Source of the DNA: Zygnema circumcarinatum SAG 698-1b | Taxonomy: Eukaryota > Plantae > Zygnematophyceae | Length of the DNA: 64,000 bases | Direction of reading: 5' to 3' | Assembly (NCBI GenBank): GCA_037447605.1 | Contig: CM074804.1 | Location: 6,301,909 to 6,365,908, forward strand | In this document: piece by piece, positions 1 to 16,636 of the stretch | Numbering within the stretch: the first letter of the stretch is position 1 | Layout: each line of letters starts with the position of its first letter | Made by a program: the position numbers and the translations under genes | The notes under the pieces: model-generated | The model's database searches: none | What the model was told of the DNA's origin: nothing | What the model saw: only the letters and a program-made list of their open reading frames with translations

Positions 1-127
1 TGTATGGTTCTATACTTTCTTCTTCACCTAAGTGTAGCTCCGCTCGTCCTCATATATTGAATAATCGAGTAACACATAATCCAAGTAATCTAGCACTTAG
101 AAACAAAGATTTAGCAGTTGACCTTAC

Positions 128-1249
128 CAAATAGTACTGTTTGGCGCCATATGCCTGGCCACAGAAGGTTTCAAGAGCACTCGCTAAGGCAAGCTGCTCG
201 CCCTCCATCCCCACCCCTCCCCAACTGCTCCTTCAGCGGCTTCTCGAATGCATCAGCATTTGCATTGTTTCGGCTTTACTTAAATCCAGTCCCAAAGCAT
301 GCTTCTTGGCTTTACACCTCACCAGCATGATATGGCCCGTCAAGTTGACCATACTGGCACGATGTCACAACCGGCGAAGACGGGCCCGTGCACAACAACC
401 ACAAGCCAAAGTCAGGCCTACTTTCAGGTCAAGTCAAGTGAAGCGAAATCAAAATGGATTCGAGTCATTCGAATGAAGGGAGAAACGAAGGGCAAACGAT
501 GACACGCAATCATCATATGGCAATGAAAATACAAAGGAGGTGGAGAATCACACGTTGTGGCTAGAGAGGAAGCCGCCAACTCCAGCTTCCCAAGGTGCCC
601 AACGTAGATGAGGGAGACAAGGTTCAGCATGTACTGCAGAATATTCATGCCCACCATTGGGCCTGCATGCACACGTATCTAAACTATCTTTAGGAACCCA
701 ACCTCACAGTACATGCAGCGTGAATAACAAAGTTCGGGAAATCGTGTAAAATGCATACCTGCAAAAATGATTTGCTTTTTAGCCTCCTCCCAGGCAGCTG
801 TCCGCCATGAGTCCTGACGATCCAAACAGAACTTTTAGAATGCCGTAGCTCAAGCGGCCTCATTTATACCAATTCCTCAGCCCCCAGACCCCTCCCCCTC
901 TGCTTCACTCTAGCAATCAGTCTCTCGTCTCTCTCACAGTCGCAATTCAGCACAATCAAACAACTCTCTCCTTCCACTTGATTCCCCACCCTGCCATGAA
1001 ATGAAAATCAAGCTCCTTTTCCATGCAAGCGGAGCAGGCGGGACACCAAACAAGCTCCATGGAGCCCGTCAGCCGGACAAACCGTCGATCCGCCAAATGA
1101 GGTTGCAGATGCTTCAAACTCACTTCTGCCGCCGGGGAATGGCCCGCCTCCGCTGAGGCTGAAGTCGCCGCGGCCTCTTCCTCCCGCACCACCTCCACAT
1201 GCGCCGCTAGAAGAGGCGTAGCCGCGTCCGGCTCTGGTCCTCCCGCCAT
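128..1249 (-). CDS. MATE/DTX family efflux transporter, 5' part (spliced; continues beyond the left edge)
   Basis: ATG at 1249 (MAGGPEPDAATPLL...). GT-AG-bounded exons encode AWEEAKKQIIFAG, GPMVGMNILQYMLNLVSLIYVGHLGKLELAASSLAT, MVNLTGHIML and LALASALETFCGQAYGAKQYYL, matching plant MATE motifs (VGHLG.LELA; ALETLCGQAYGA). Confidence 0.93.
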
Positions 1250-2161
1250 GGCGCCCTCAGTCCCTCCCTGCCCGGGCGAGGCGCCGCGCACTCTCCCCAG
1301 CCCACAGCGGCCTTTTGGGCGCCCGTACGCCTGCCTGCCTCCGCCTGCCGACAGCCCCGACACTGCTGCCGTACGGTACTGCTGCGAGTGGTGACGTCAG
1401 CGCCGACCGGCCGCAAATTTCTGTTACCGTACGGTACTGAGGGCCGCCCGGCCGCCCGCCCGGCCGGGCCCGGGCCCCCCAGAAAGTCGCCGTGGACTCG
1501 CGCACGGGGCCAATCGCGGTGCGCCGTCGCGCGAGCGAACGAGAACGCCGCGACCACTCCGCGGCCGCCACGCCACAGTCGCAGGCTACGAGAAAAGCGT
1601 AAAACTGTAAACTGAAACGAACGCACGGAGTGCGGAGGCGCTACGGGCTCGACGACAGTACGGACGTCGACGTCAGCCTTTCCTGAGGTCAGATCTTCGA
1701 CATCCGCCGACCCCACCTTCGGGGTCCACGTGGCCTTTAGTCAATGCGCGTCGCGCGGGGTCAAGATGCCGCCCCGGGATCCTGCCCGCGGCGGCGCGGC
1801 ATAGACCCGCCCCCGAGCGTGCTGGGCGACGGCCCTTTCGTTCCGACGCTCAACTGGAACTGAGACGACACCTGCTGGAAAATTCCACAAAGCGCGGTGG
1901 AACTTCCGCGACAGTGCCGCCCGCCGAGAGCTGGGCCGTGCCGGGCCACTAAAAGGCTCGCTCGGGCGCGGGATCTAGGAAGGGAGAGGCTGTTGGTGAG
2001 AGAGGCAGGTTGGCGGCGTGGCTGTAGGAGGAGAGGGGAGGAGGGCAGGGAGGAAGGGCAGGGAGGAGGACGGGCGAGGAGCGGTTCCGGGGCAGACCGA
2101 AGGCGCAGCTTTCTTCCTCGCTTGGATATACGGCTGCCGATAGGCTGAAGTGAAGGAGAAG

Positions 2162-6784
<4,623 letters not shown>

Positions 6785-7798
6785 GGCGCTGCTACAAGGC
6801 ACTGTTGATAATTGTGAATTTTATAGAAACGCCTTGATTTCATTTTGTACGTTTTTTTACCAGAAAAGCTTTTAAAAAGGCTTGTGGATATGCTCTTTTT
6901 GCGTTTGCTATGCTCACCAAGAGACGGAGCAGACTTGACAGCATTTGTGATATGGAGTGCCGCTGCATGTGGCGACCTCCGACGGAGGGCGGGCCATGTG
7001 CCCCGTGCTGCAATTTTCAATATGCACTGGATATCCCCTCTGGATTTTCATTTCCCTTGCATGACCGCAAGGCATCTCCCAGGCGGTTTCAGCATCGGGC
7101 TAAGCTGGAGGGCTCTTGCATTCTGTGGAGTGTCGTTCAAGTGTGACGTAAAAGATGGAAAACGGTCAAGAGTGCTCCGCCGCCGTCCCTGCAAACTCTG
7201 CGGAAGATTCGTAGGACAAAAGTTCTCCTTAGCGGCGTTCTATTTATTCCTCGTTGGTGATTATCAGCTGTAGCGCTAATATGCTTTCGGAACTAGTGAA
7301 ATGAATGAAATCATGTGTAATGCAAACAAATTGATGAAAGCTGCAACAAGACTGGGTGCAATTCTAATGTGATGCCTGCTAGTTGTGTGAGATTTTCCCT
7401 TTTTGTTTTGAGAAAGCTTTCTCCCCCGTGAGCTTAGCAGTTAGCACGTATCATGGATACAGCTGAAGCTCAACATCAGGGCAATTGCGGAAAAGCGAAG
7501 TCTCTTGGCACCGCCACACTCCACTTCCTTAAGTTGTCCGTATTTCGTTCCTTTCCTTCCGCACGAAAAACACTTCCGTACCTGCATCGCGCAGGCCATT
7601 GTCCGCCGCCATTTTCCGCCCCGGCCCGCCCCGGCCCCGCCAGCAGCAAAGCCAGTCAGCAGCGCTGAAACCACGAGCCCCTCTCCGCCCGCGAGAGCTG
7701 AGGCGAGGCGAGTCCCGAGTGCGAGCACGACGCAAGCTGTTGTTGGAGCCCAGCGGGCTGACCCGGGCGGGCTCACGGCCAATTGCTTGCTGGCCCCG

Positions 7799-7875
7799 CA
7801 CGTGTCAAAGGAGAACGGCGCCACGTGGCAGAAAGGATAGTGTGACGCCGACGTGGCCAACAGTCGTGACGTGGC
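7799..7875 (+). promoter_or_regulatory. G-box/ABRE cluster upstream of PFP-alpha
   Basis: CACGTGTC (7799), GCCACGTGGC (7820) and GACGTGGC (7850, 7868), all within about 200 bp of the ATG. Confidence 0.55.
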
Positions 7876-7996
7876 GGAGGATATTTGGGCCGGCGGGGGG
7901 GCTGCAAGGGGAGGGAGGGAGGGCCGAGGCGGGGAGGGAGAGGAGAGAGAGAGAGGGAAGGGGAGAGAGAGAGGAGGAGCGGAGAAGAGAGGGACC

Positions 7997-10900
7997 ATGG
8001 GCGCTCTCAGGGAATTTCGTCCCAAGAGGAAGGAGGCCCTGAGCGACCTGCAGCTGTTCAGGGCGCAGTATCGGCCGCGCATGCCTGCACTGCTGCAGGT
8101 GCTTCTATCGAAGAATTCATTGAAAGGATGGCGAACGCACAATGTGCTTGTGTTGTGAAAAATGAGTAGAGAGGGGGGTTCTACTGCAGGAATTCAGAAT
8201 GCTGGAACATGCTGGAAAAAATTACAAGCAAAGAATTGTGATTTTTTTTGTGATGTTTATGTTTTTGTTTATGTGGGAGAGCTCATGTCGCGCCATTGAA
8301 ATGTCTGCGCACAGGATTAATTCAGGCTTGGAAACCTCAAAATGGCATACGTCTAGCTGGAATAACTGCTTTCTTCTTATGTTGAATCTCGTTTTTTGCT
8401 ATTTCACCTATGTGGTCCAATGCAGGCCCACGCGTGGCTCACCTGCCTGACTAAACATTGCTAATCTCTTCAACAAATATTTTCTTTTGTCCCTGTCCAT
8501 TTGCTCAGTTTTATAATTTGGAAAAGAATCCTCTAAAAAACTGAGCACTTGGCAAGGCTAGCTGTGACTTTGACGACAGGAAAAGAATTTTTCGTTGTCG
8601 GGAGCAATTAGCGTATATCAATTGAGCCAGACTTTACAACTACATTTTGACGCAGCTCTGTAGTGGAGTCAACACCTCCGAAAATTAAGAACGAGTTAAA
8701 TTACATTACATGTGGTCAATTGCAGCCATTCGCATTGAAGCTACAAACGCAATCCTTGAGTCAATGCTCAATTCGATCACATTTATTACAGCGAAATACA
8801 GACAGAATTTTCTTTTCAGAATTTTGATGAAATCATACAATTCCCTGATTTCCGAACGATACAGCCTTATGCAAGCATTGCTCAGTGGACCTTGTTTATT
8901 TCGTTGTCTTGTGTATGATTGTCGATTCCTTTCTCCTCCCACTCGCCTGTACCTTTGGATAACCTCATTGCTTTCCCTCTCCCGTTATCATTCCGCTCCT
9001 TTCTTTCTTTTTTCCCTCCTCCACGAGACTGCTAAACAAAGAAAGCTGCAATGGTTTTACATTCATCCATGTGCAGGCAGCATCAATCAATGTGGTTGTA
9101 GGAGAGGACACGACAGCTTCGGATTCCTCGGACGCATCTGTGATCCAACGATCGTACCCTGCTACCTTCGGACAACCGTTAGTGCATTTGGAGGATGCCG
9201 CTTCAACACAAAAGGACTCAATTGTGAAATCAAAACACGTCGGCCCTCTCAGGTATTCGGACCACTTCACTTCCCATGTTGCGAATCTGCTGCCAGGAAT
9301 GAACTGGTCATTTTTTTGGAAACAAGTTATCCGGATTGAAAGTGTTAGTTCTGACACGAGTTTCGACCTTCCTTTGCAAAACGGAAAAATGGTGCGTATT
9401 GGAGTACCAAGAAATGGGCTGAAGTTTTTCTTGGACACACCAGATAACCAGGGAAATATGGTGAGGTCGTGCTAATTCTCAGGACGGGCTATGGGATGTC
9501 CGACATTTAGCCGATATGTCACTTATGTATCATGTGCCGGGAAAGATGCAACGGACTCGACTAGTGTAATGCCACGAGCCGATGATAGACGAAGTATTTG
9601 ATAATTAACCGTATGTAAGTGAGGAAACAATATTAGTTGGAGCTTTCAGAGGTGACGCTTGAATAGTAAATTCTGCTTACTTTCAACTCTTATCCCTTTG
9701 TTTGATATGCGTCCTCCGCGTTAAGCTCTGGCCACGGTTGGGCAGGGTTGGAGTCGTCTTCTGCGGCCGACAGTCCCCCGGCGCGCACAACATCGTCAGC
9801 GGCCTCTTCGATGCTCTCGCGGCGCATCACGCGGAAAGCGCCCTTGTTGGGTTTGCAGGTCAGTAGCACTATTCAACTGCTGTGGCTTCTGAACGGGACG
9901 CACAGGTTGACCGCAACCTTTGTGATTTCGGCATCTAGCAGCATCATGATTTGCTATTCAATCAACTGGCAGCACGAGTTATCTCTTCTGGATGATATAG
10001 TTACGAACGTAATGCGCTGTGAAGGTCTTCATTTTGTTATATAAAGCGACCTTAGACGGTTAACGGGCCATGCCAGTGAAGACAGGGCTGATCAGGTCCT
10101 TCTATTGACATGGCTGCATGTGTAGATGGCACTGAGGGGCTATTTCGCCAGGAGACGCTGGAGATCACTGCTGATCTTCTCAACCACTACAGAAATCAAG
10201 GTCAAGTCACTGAAGCCAACTCGTCTGTTTCTCAAGCACCTCGCATCTTCACTCGAAAAACACGCCAATTGTTGTCAACAAACGATACGCCCTTCCTATC
10301 ATACTCGAACTCTGTGACAAACTTCTCACTCGCTCCCCTACAGAGCAATCAGCCGTAGCCTGCAGTCTTGCCTGAATGCAAACTGGCGGCATCTTGGTCC
10401 TTGCCCCGCCTTCCATAGAGCGCCCCTGCAGAGCTGACCGCGGCTCGGGCAGTGAGGGGGCGGGTGCGGGCGGCAGGCGGCTGCGACCTGTTGGGCCGCA
10501 CACGCGACCGCCTACGGTCGCCGGAGCAGGCGGGGGCGGCCGCCGCGGCTTGCAGCGCGCTCGGCCTGGACGGGCTCGTCCTCATAGGCGGTAAGCATGC
10601 GCATTTCCTTGTAGGAGCTGATGGGTTTCGGTTTTCGGTCGGACCTTGCAAGCTGGGCTGCGTAGAGTTCGAATGCACATCTCTGTGCTACTTTTATTGC
10701 AATCTATTGACCATTATTTCACTGAACCGTTCTTATTTTCATGCGATTAAGTTGTAAGAGGATATTCATTCATTTCAGGCTGCCAGACAAGTTCAGATGC
10801 TGCCCAGCTTGGAGAATCATTCGCTGCTTCCGGCATACAAACCAAGGCGAGCTTCCCTCTTCTTCAACCCCAGCAAGGGCACTATACTCCCTTCGCAAAT

Positions 10901-13900
10901 ACGCTCTCGAAATTACGAGATAGCGACGTGGAGCTTCACATTTTGCAAACATTGCTTCTCTGAAATGACTCAGTTCGTCGACGCGCTGTTTTCTTTCCAG
11001 GTCGTGGCGGTGCCTGCAACAATCGACGGCGACCTGCGGAATTCCTTCGTGGAGACGAATGTTGGATTTGACACGGCCTGCAAGGTGAAGACAGTTTCTC
11101 CTGCGAGGCCTCCCAGAAGGAGCCATGTATCAAATCTCTCTTCCTCACTTGATTTGGCAGCGGCTCACGGGGCATCATGTGATCTTGTGGAGGAGTGGCC
11201 AATTGAGATGATCCCTTGAACCGCAGGCAGCCGGTGGTTCATCTTATCGTATGCTTCTCTCAATTGTCTAAGTGGTTTCTCCAGGGATGGCTGTGGGGGG
11301 CAGGTTTACTCACAGCTGATCAGTAACATCTGCACTGACGCTCTTTCTGCAGAAAAGGTGTGCTCCAAGAAAGAGGGCGACCTTGTCCCTGGTGTGAATG
11401 CCTCAAGAGAAGCTGCTGAGCCTTCTAAAGCAACTTTCTGTATGTTACTTTGACAAGGACAAGCTTACGAGGGAGCACCGCTGAGTTACCTCTAACAGCT
11501 ATAGTTATCGAAAGTTTGTGCATTTTGCGTTAACAGAGCAACAGAGCTAGAGTAAGCCCAGCCATGCAAGCTCCGGTTTCTGGTCCTTATATCACTCCTC
11601 TCCAGCGTGTAACATCATTTGTTTGTGCGTCGAGTATGGGGAGACCAGTACTACTACTTCATCCGCCTCATGGGCCGCCATGCTTCGCACATCTCGCTGG
11701 AGTGCGCGCTGCAGTCGCAGCCCAATCTGGTGCCCCTTCCTCTCCTTTCTGCGCACGTCCGCTGCGAGCCTCTGCAAAGAGTGTCGGCCTGCAACCCCGA
11801 GGAAGGCTGACGAGAGAGGATGAATGATGCAGCTGCTGTCACGGGTACAGGTTGTTCTGGGCGAGGAAGTGGCAGCCTCCAAAGCAACCCTGTTCGACAT
11901 CACAAAGCAGATCTGCGACATGATATCAGCCCGCTCCGAGCAGGGTAATGCGCCGCACTTCTGTTCGCTTGTCTCAGAGTGGAATATGAGGGCCGCTGCC
12001 CCCTGCACAACATATGGTCTATGGGGTCAGCTTCACGGGCTTGGAAGCCCTTGAGCTGACACCAGGGACCATCTGTTGCGTAAGTGGTAAGGGAGGAGAC
12101 TGGAGGATTAGCAAAGGATAGCCCGTGCCTTGCCATGATTCAATGATCCCGTCAGTTGGAAGGCATGCAGGGTGCAGTTGAACCCTGGAAAATTCAGATG
12201 GTGCCACAGTTGGAAAAGGGTGATTTTTGCAATATCACTGGGCTACCTTCTGCAATCTTTAAATGAGTTAGGGATATGGGAAGCATTGTGGAACAGGAAA
12301 GCATCATGGTGTGATCCTTTTACCCGAGGGCCTTATAGAAAGCATTCCAGAGGTTCATGCCCTGCTGCAGGTATGTTCAGCAGCCACACATTCTACAAAG
12401 TTGTCAACAAAGGACTCTCAACGTCAAGTATCTCTCTCAAACTTTCAAAATAAACTTCCCTTATCGACGCATCCTGCCTACTTGTAAGCTCTCACACACT
12501 GGCTTGCCATGGTGTTTCTCAGGAGATGAATGATCTACTCAAGAAGGGGATAGCTCCCGAGGCGTTTTCCACCAAACTCTCGCCTTGGGCTGCTGCCCTT
12601 TTCGACTTCCTGCCCCCATACATCCGCAAGCAGCTGCTTCTCGACCGTGAATCGGACGGCTCTGTGCGGCTCTCACAGGTCGCCCTCTCTCCTCCCCATT
12701 CCTGTCAGGCCAATTGGTCATTCTCTCCCGTGCGCCTCATTTATCCAGACATTGCGCCTACTGCTCGCCTGCTTTGTCGTCTATCTCCTCTGCCCGAACT
12801 GGAGGGATTTGTGCCTTGAACTCCTCCTTGCCTGAGACTGCAATCCGTTTTTAAGTCCTCTTTAAACGACTGTTCACCCTGAACATGCACCGGAATTCCT
12901 TGCAGATTGAGACCGAGAAGCTCCTCGTGCAGCTGGTGGAGACAGAAATGGGGCGCCGTACGGTATGGCACTTTGCACCGGCCTACTGAGAGTGGAGAGG
13001 GACTGCACCATTCCATATGGATTTGCAGCTGATTAGGAAGACTGATGCCATGCTTGACATTCGTCAGTGTTTTTGTCAATCCTTTTGAACTTGGAAATAG
13101 GCAGCCAGCCAACTTGTGCGTCTGCGTCCCTGAATAGATCTGATGCTTTGGGAAAACTTGTCTAAGTGGGAAATGTGAGAATATGCCCAACTAAAATCCT
13201 CCGTTTAGTTCGATTGAACCTTCAACTTCCAGAGTTTCACTGGCTTTGCGTACAGCTTAGCTTCAACTCACCTTTTCCCGGTCTTACAGCACAAATTCAA
13301 TTATGGCTATTGATAAGGGGCCATCTGCCTTGAGTGGTGATTCTAGCGTCCAAGTTTGCGTGCTTAATGCCAGGCTGCCTTGAGAGCGGCGTGGTCTTGG
13401 GGGCGGATTTATTGCAGAAGGCAGGACTGTATAAGGGAAAAAAGTTCAATGGCATTTCCTACTTCTTTGGGTATCAGGCGCGCGGCTCTCTACCATCTAA
13501 CTTCGACTGCGACTATGGTTATGTAAGTGATTTCAGCATAGTTCCTCCTGAATTCTTCCTCAACCTGCACATTCTACAATGAACGACAGTTTTTGGACCT
13601 CAACCATAATTTCCATTTGAAATGTTCATTTCATGGTCTAATTGAGGACCCCTTAGCCTCCTCCGGCTTTGTCCTGGCGGACTGCACAGGCTCTGGGCCA
13701 CGTCGCCAGCCACCTCCTTGCTGCGGGTCTCAACGGGTATTTGGCCACAGTGACAAACTTAAAGGAGGAGCCTGCTTACTGGCGCTGCGGAGGTGTACCC
13801 ATTCCGGTATGGTCTCTATTGCCAGAAGAGATAACAGCAGTAATGCTCAATTCTTCTGACTCCGGTCGAACGAGTCTTTTGTGTCACAGACCTTAGGTGC

Positions 13901-15034
13901 TGAAACATGTAAAATTGAAGCGCATCACTTGTGCACTGTCAACAGTGGGCTCTACTACACCTTTGATTCTGCCACTCTTTCCGTTCTTGCAAACAGAGCG
14001 TGAAATCGCTTCATGCGCAAGAACAGGTGGAGAAAATGTGAAGCTGTGACATGGTGAATTGTGAAGGCGAGCATTGATGAACCTTGTCTGTCCTCCCCCC
14101 CCTACCCCTATGTCCCTGCGGGTCGCGCCCTCCAGGCGATGATGACTGTGAAGCGATGGCTGAGGGCCCCGGGAGTGTCGGACATCGCCCAGCCTCTTGT
14201 GCATCCGGCGAGCGTGGACCTCCGGGGAAGGCCCTATCAGTGCGTGCCTGGGCCTGCCTCCCTTCCGCAGCTCTCTTGAATCTGCATTGGTCGTTCTCTA
14301 CTTTTTTGGTCGAGGACAGTGATAGCAAGTGTTCATTTGCGCGTTTGAAGCGGAGGTCAACAACTTGTTCAGAGATGCTGCCTTGCATCCAGCAGGGTTG
14401 ACGCAGGCAATGTTTCCACTATGCTCGTGCTTGTGGGCAGACTGCATGGTGCTAGCTGCCATACAAAATGTCTATACTTTACGATGGCATTCGCTCTCTA
14501 CTTTGGTGTTCTCAATTCGTGTTGGTTATGTACCCCCGGCACTGCTTGTGCCAAGAGTGAAAGCGTGGAATTGCGCGACGCGTTTCTCAGCGGAGGCAGA
14601 AATTCGTCGTGCAGGTTGCTGGCGGAGCGCGCCGGCGCGTGGCTGCTCCGCGACTGCTACCGCAACCCGGGGGCGCTGCAGCTCACAGGCGCGGCGGCGC
14701 ACACCTGCGCCATGACGCTGCTCCTGCAGGAGGGGGGGGGGCAGGGCGGCTATGCCGCGTCCGCCGACCTGCTCAGGCGCAAACTGCAGCAGGTACGTAG
14801 GTGCTGGCCCTCCCTCCCTCCCTCCCTCCCTCCCTCTCAGCTGCCGAGCACGCCGAGCGCGAGGCTGACGCTGGGCCCTCCCCTGCCTGCCGCGGCTGCC
14901 TGCAGGTGAGGGACATGGTGCGACCGGGCTGCCCGCCGGAGGCTCTGAACGTCGCTTTAGCATCGACAGCGGCTCTCGTCGAAGTCCTCTCCGTCATAAC
15001 CTCTCCTTTCAATCGCAGCCAAATGCCGTACTAG
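7997..15034 (+). CDS. PFP-ALPHA: Pyrophosphate-fructose-6-phosphate 1-phosphotransferase alpha subunit, multi-exon
   Basis: Exons encode [118 protein letters not shown] and [10 protein letters not shown]. The C-terminal [16 protein letters not shown] extension is alpha-type. Confidence 0.95.
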
Positions 15035-15629
15035 AAGCATTCCCGGCATTATGTGCCTCGCATCATCTTGTTTATAAACCCAAAGTGTTATTGTGTGCTC
15101 AACCACCCCCGCTGCCATCCATGTCTGCGCGAACAATAAGAATCGTGTCTTCCAAACTCGACTCCATGTCGTCCTTCCGCCGATCTACGACTGCCGCTGG
15201 GTCTGTACATCGCATCGAAAGAAGGAAAAGATGTGGCATTGATCTCATCGAAGACAGTTCAGCGGCCAGCCATCCATCCATCCAGTTTAGAGAGGCCCGC
15301 CTCTCCCGTCCCCTCCCCTCCGCTTCCGACCGGACACGGACAAGCGCGACCTTTCCCCCGCACTCGCCACAGCGAGCTAGCGAGCGACACGGCGGATGTG
15401 TTCGACCCCACAACAAATCCATCCGTCCGTCCGTCCTTGTTGGGATATTCCATGAGCATTCCTTGCAATCAGTCACACTACTCGCACACCATGGAACTTG
15501 GTGTTCCATGCTGCTCCAGTTCTGACGGTCTCGGCGGCTCCGCCCCGCCTCGCCAGGCGGGCCGGCCAGCCTGCCTGCCGGCCTGCCCACTGCCCACTGC
15601 CCGAGGGGAGGGGAGGGAAGGGAGGGCAC

Positions 15630-16012
15630 TAAGGTTGGGAGCACGGTCCGGGCCCAATTCGTGCCCCGGCGCACGTGCCCTCCCCTCCGGGAAGCCCGGG
15701 GGCATGCCCCTTTCGTGCCCCGTGACGTGTCCATATGGGACATGTACGGACAAAGGTACGGAAAGTGTGAATTGTACGGAAGTCACGGACAGCGTGCCGC
15801 CAAATGGGAGTTCCGTCACCGTCCCTGCCCCGGCCGTGACGTGACGTGGTACGCGGACGTAGGGGGCACGGTGGAGGGGCAAGGTGGAGGGGCACGGTTT
15901 TGACAGTTTTTCGTGCCCCGGGCACGGCTGGTCGCGTGCCCCGGGGCATGCCCCCCCCCGGGCATGGCCGTGCCCCCCCCCCCAAGCGTTAAAGGGCACG
16001 CGTCGGCCAACT
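15630..16012. repeat. GC-rich patch with many CGTGCCC/GGGCACG motifs; possible degenerate MITE
   Basis: Motif is reiterated in both orientations with local palindromes (CGTGCCCCGGGCACG). No clean TIR or TSD found. Confidence 0.4.
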
Positions 16013-16636
16013 CGCTTGTGTCGCAGGAACGGTTTGAGCTGTCATCGCTGGGCAGGTGAGAGGCGCTCCGCAGGGCCTGTGTTCTCCTTGCCTGCTCACC
16101 TTTAGTCTGCATCCCAGGACAGCCTGCTTAGGGAAATTGGTAGTTGGCAGGCTTGATCTCATTTTATGAGAGTTTTCGCTGATGAGGACGGTGTGTAGGT
16201 AGAAGGAGAAGGGTGGTGCTGACATGGGGGGTGGCTTGCTGGACTGGGACAGACGGCCGCACTCTGCAGCGGAGTTGCTGCATGCCCTTTCGCTCCCTCC
16301 CCTGTGACCCAACACTGTCCACTCTGGCCTCTACGCTGGGGAGCGGTGCACGCGGCCGCGTGCACGCTCTGTGGCGCGGGCTGGGCTGCGCGGAAGTGAG
16401 GAGGCGGCGCAGCTGGAGGGTGGGGCGCATGGTGCACGGCGTGTGCTTGGACTTCGGCTAACGAGGAGGGAGGGGAGTCGCAGACTCGCAGATCAAATGT
16501 GAGCTTTTGGCCAGGAAGAGGGAGGCAGCACCTCTAGCAAGGAGCGAAGCTGCACAAGCTTGGTTGCAACTGGGGCCTGCTGTAGCGCGTTTCAGCCGCG
16601 GCTGGTAGGAGCTGGTAGGACGAATCAGCGTCAAAG

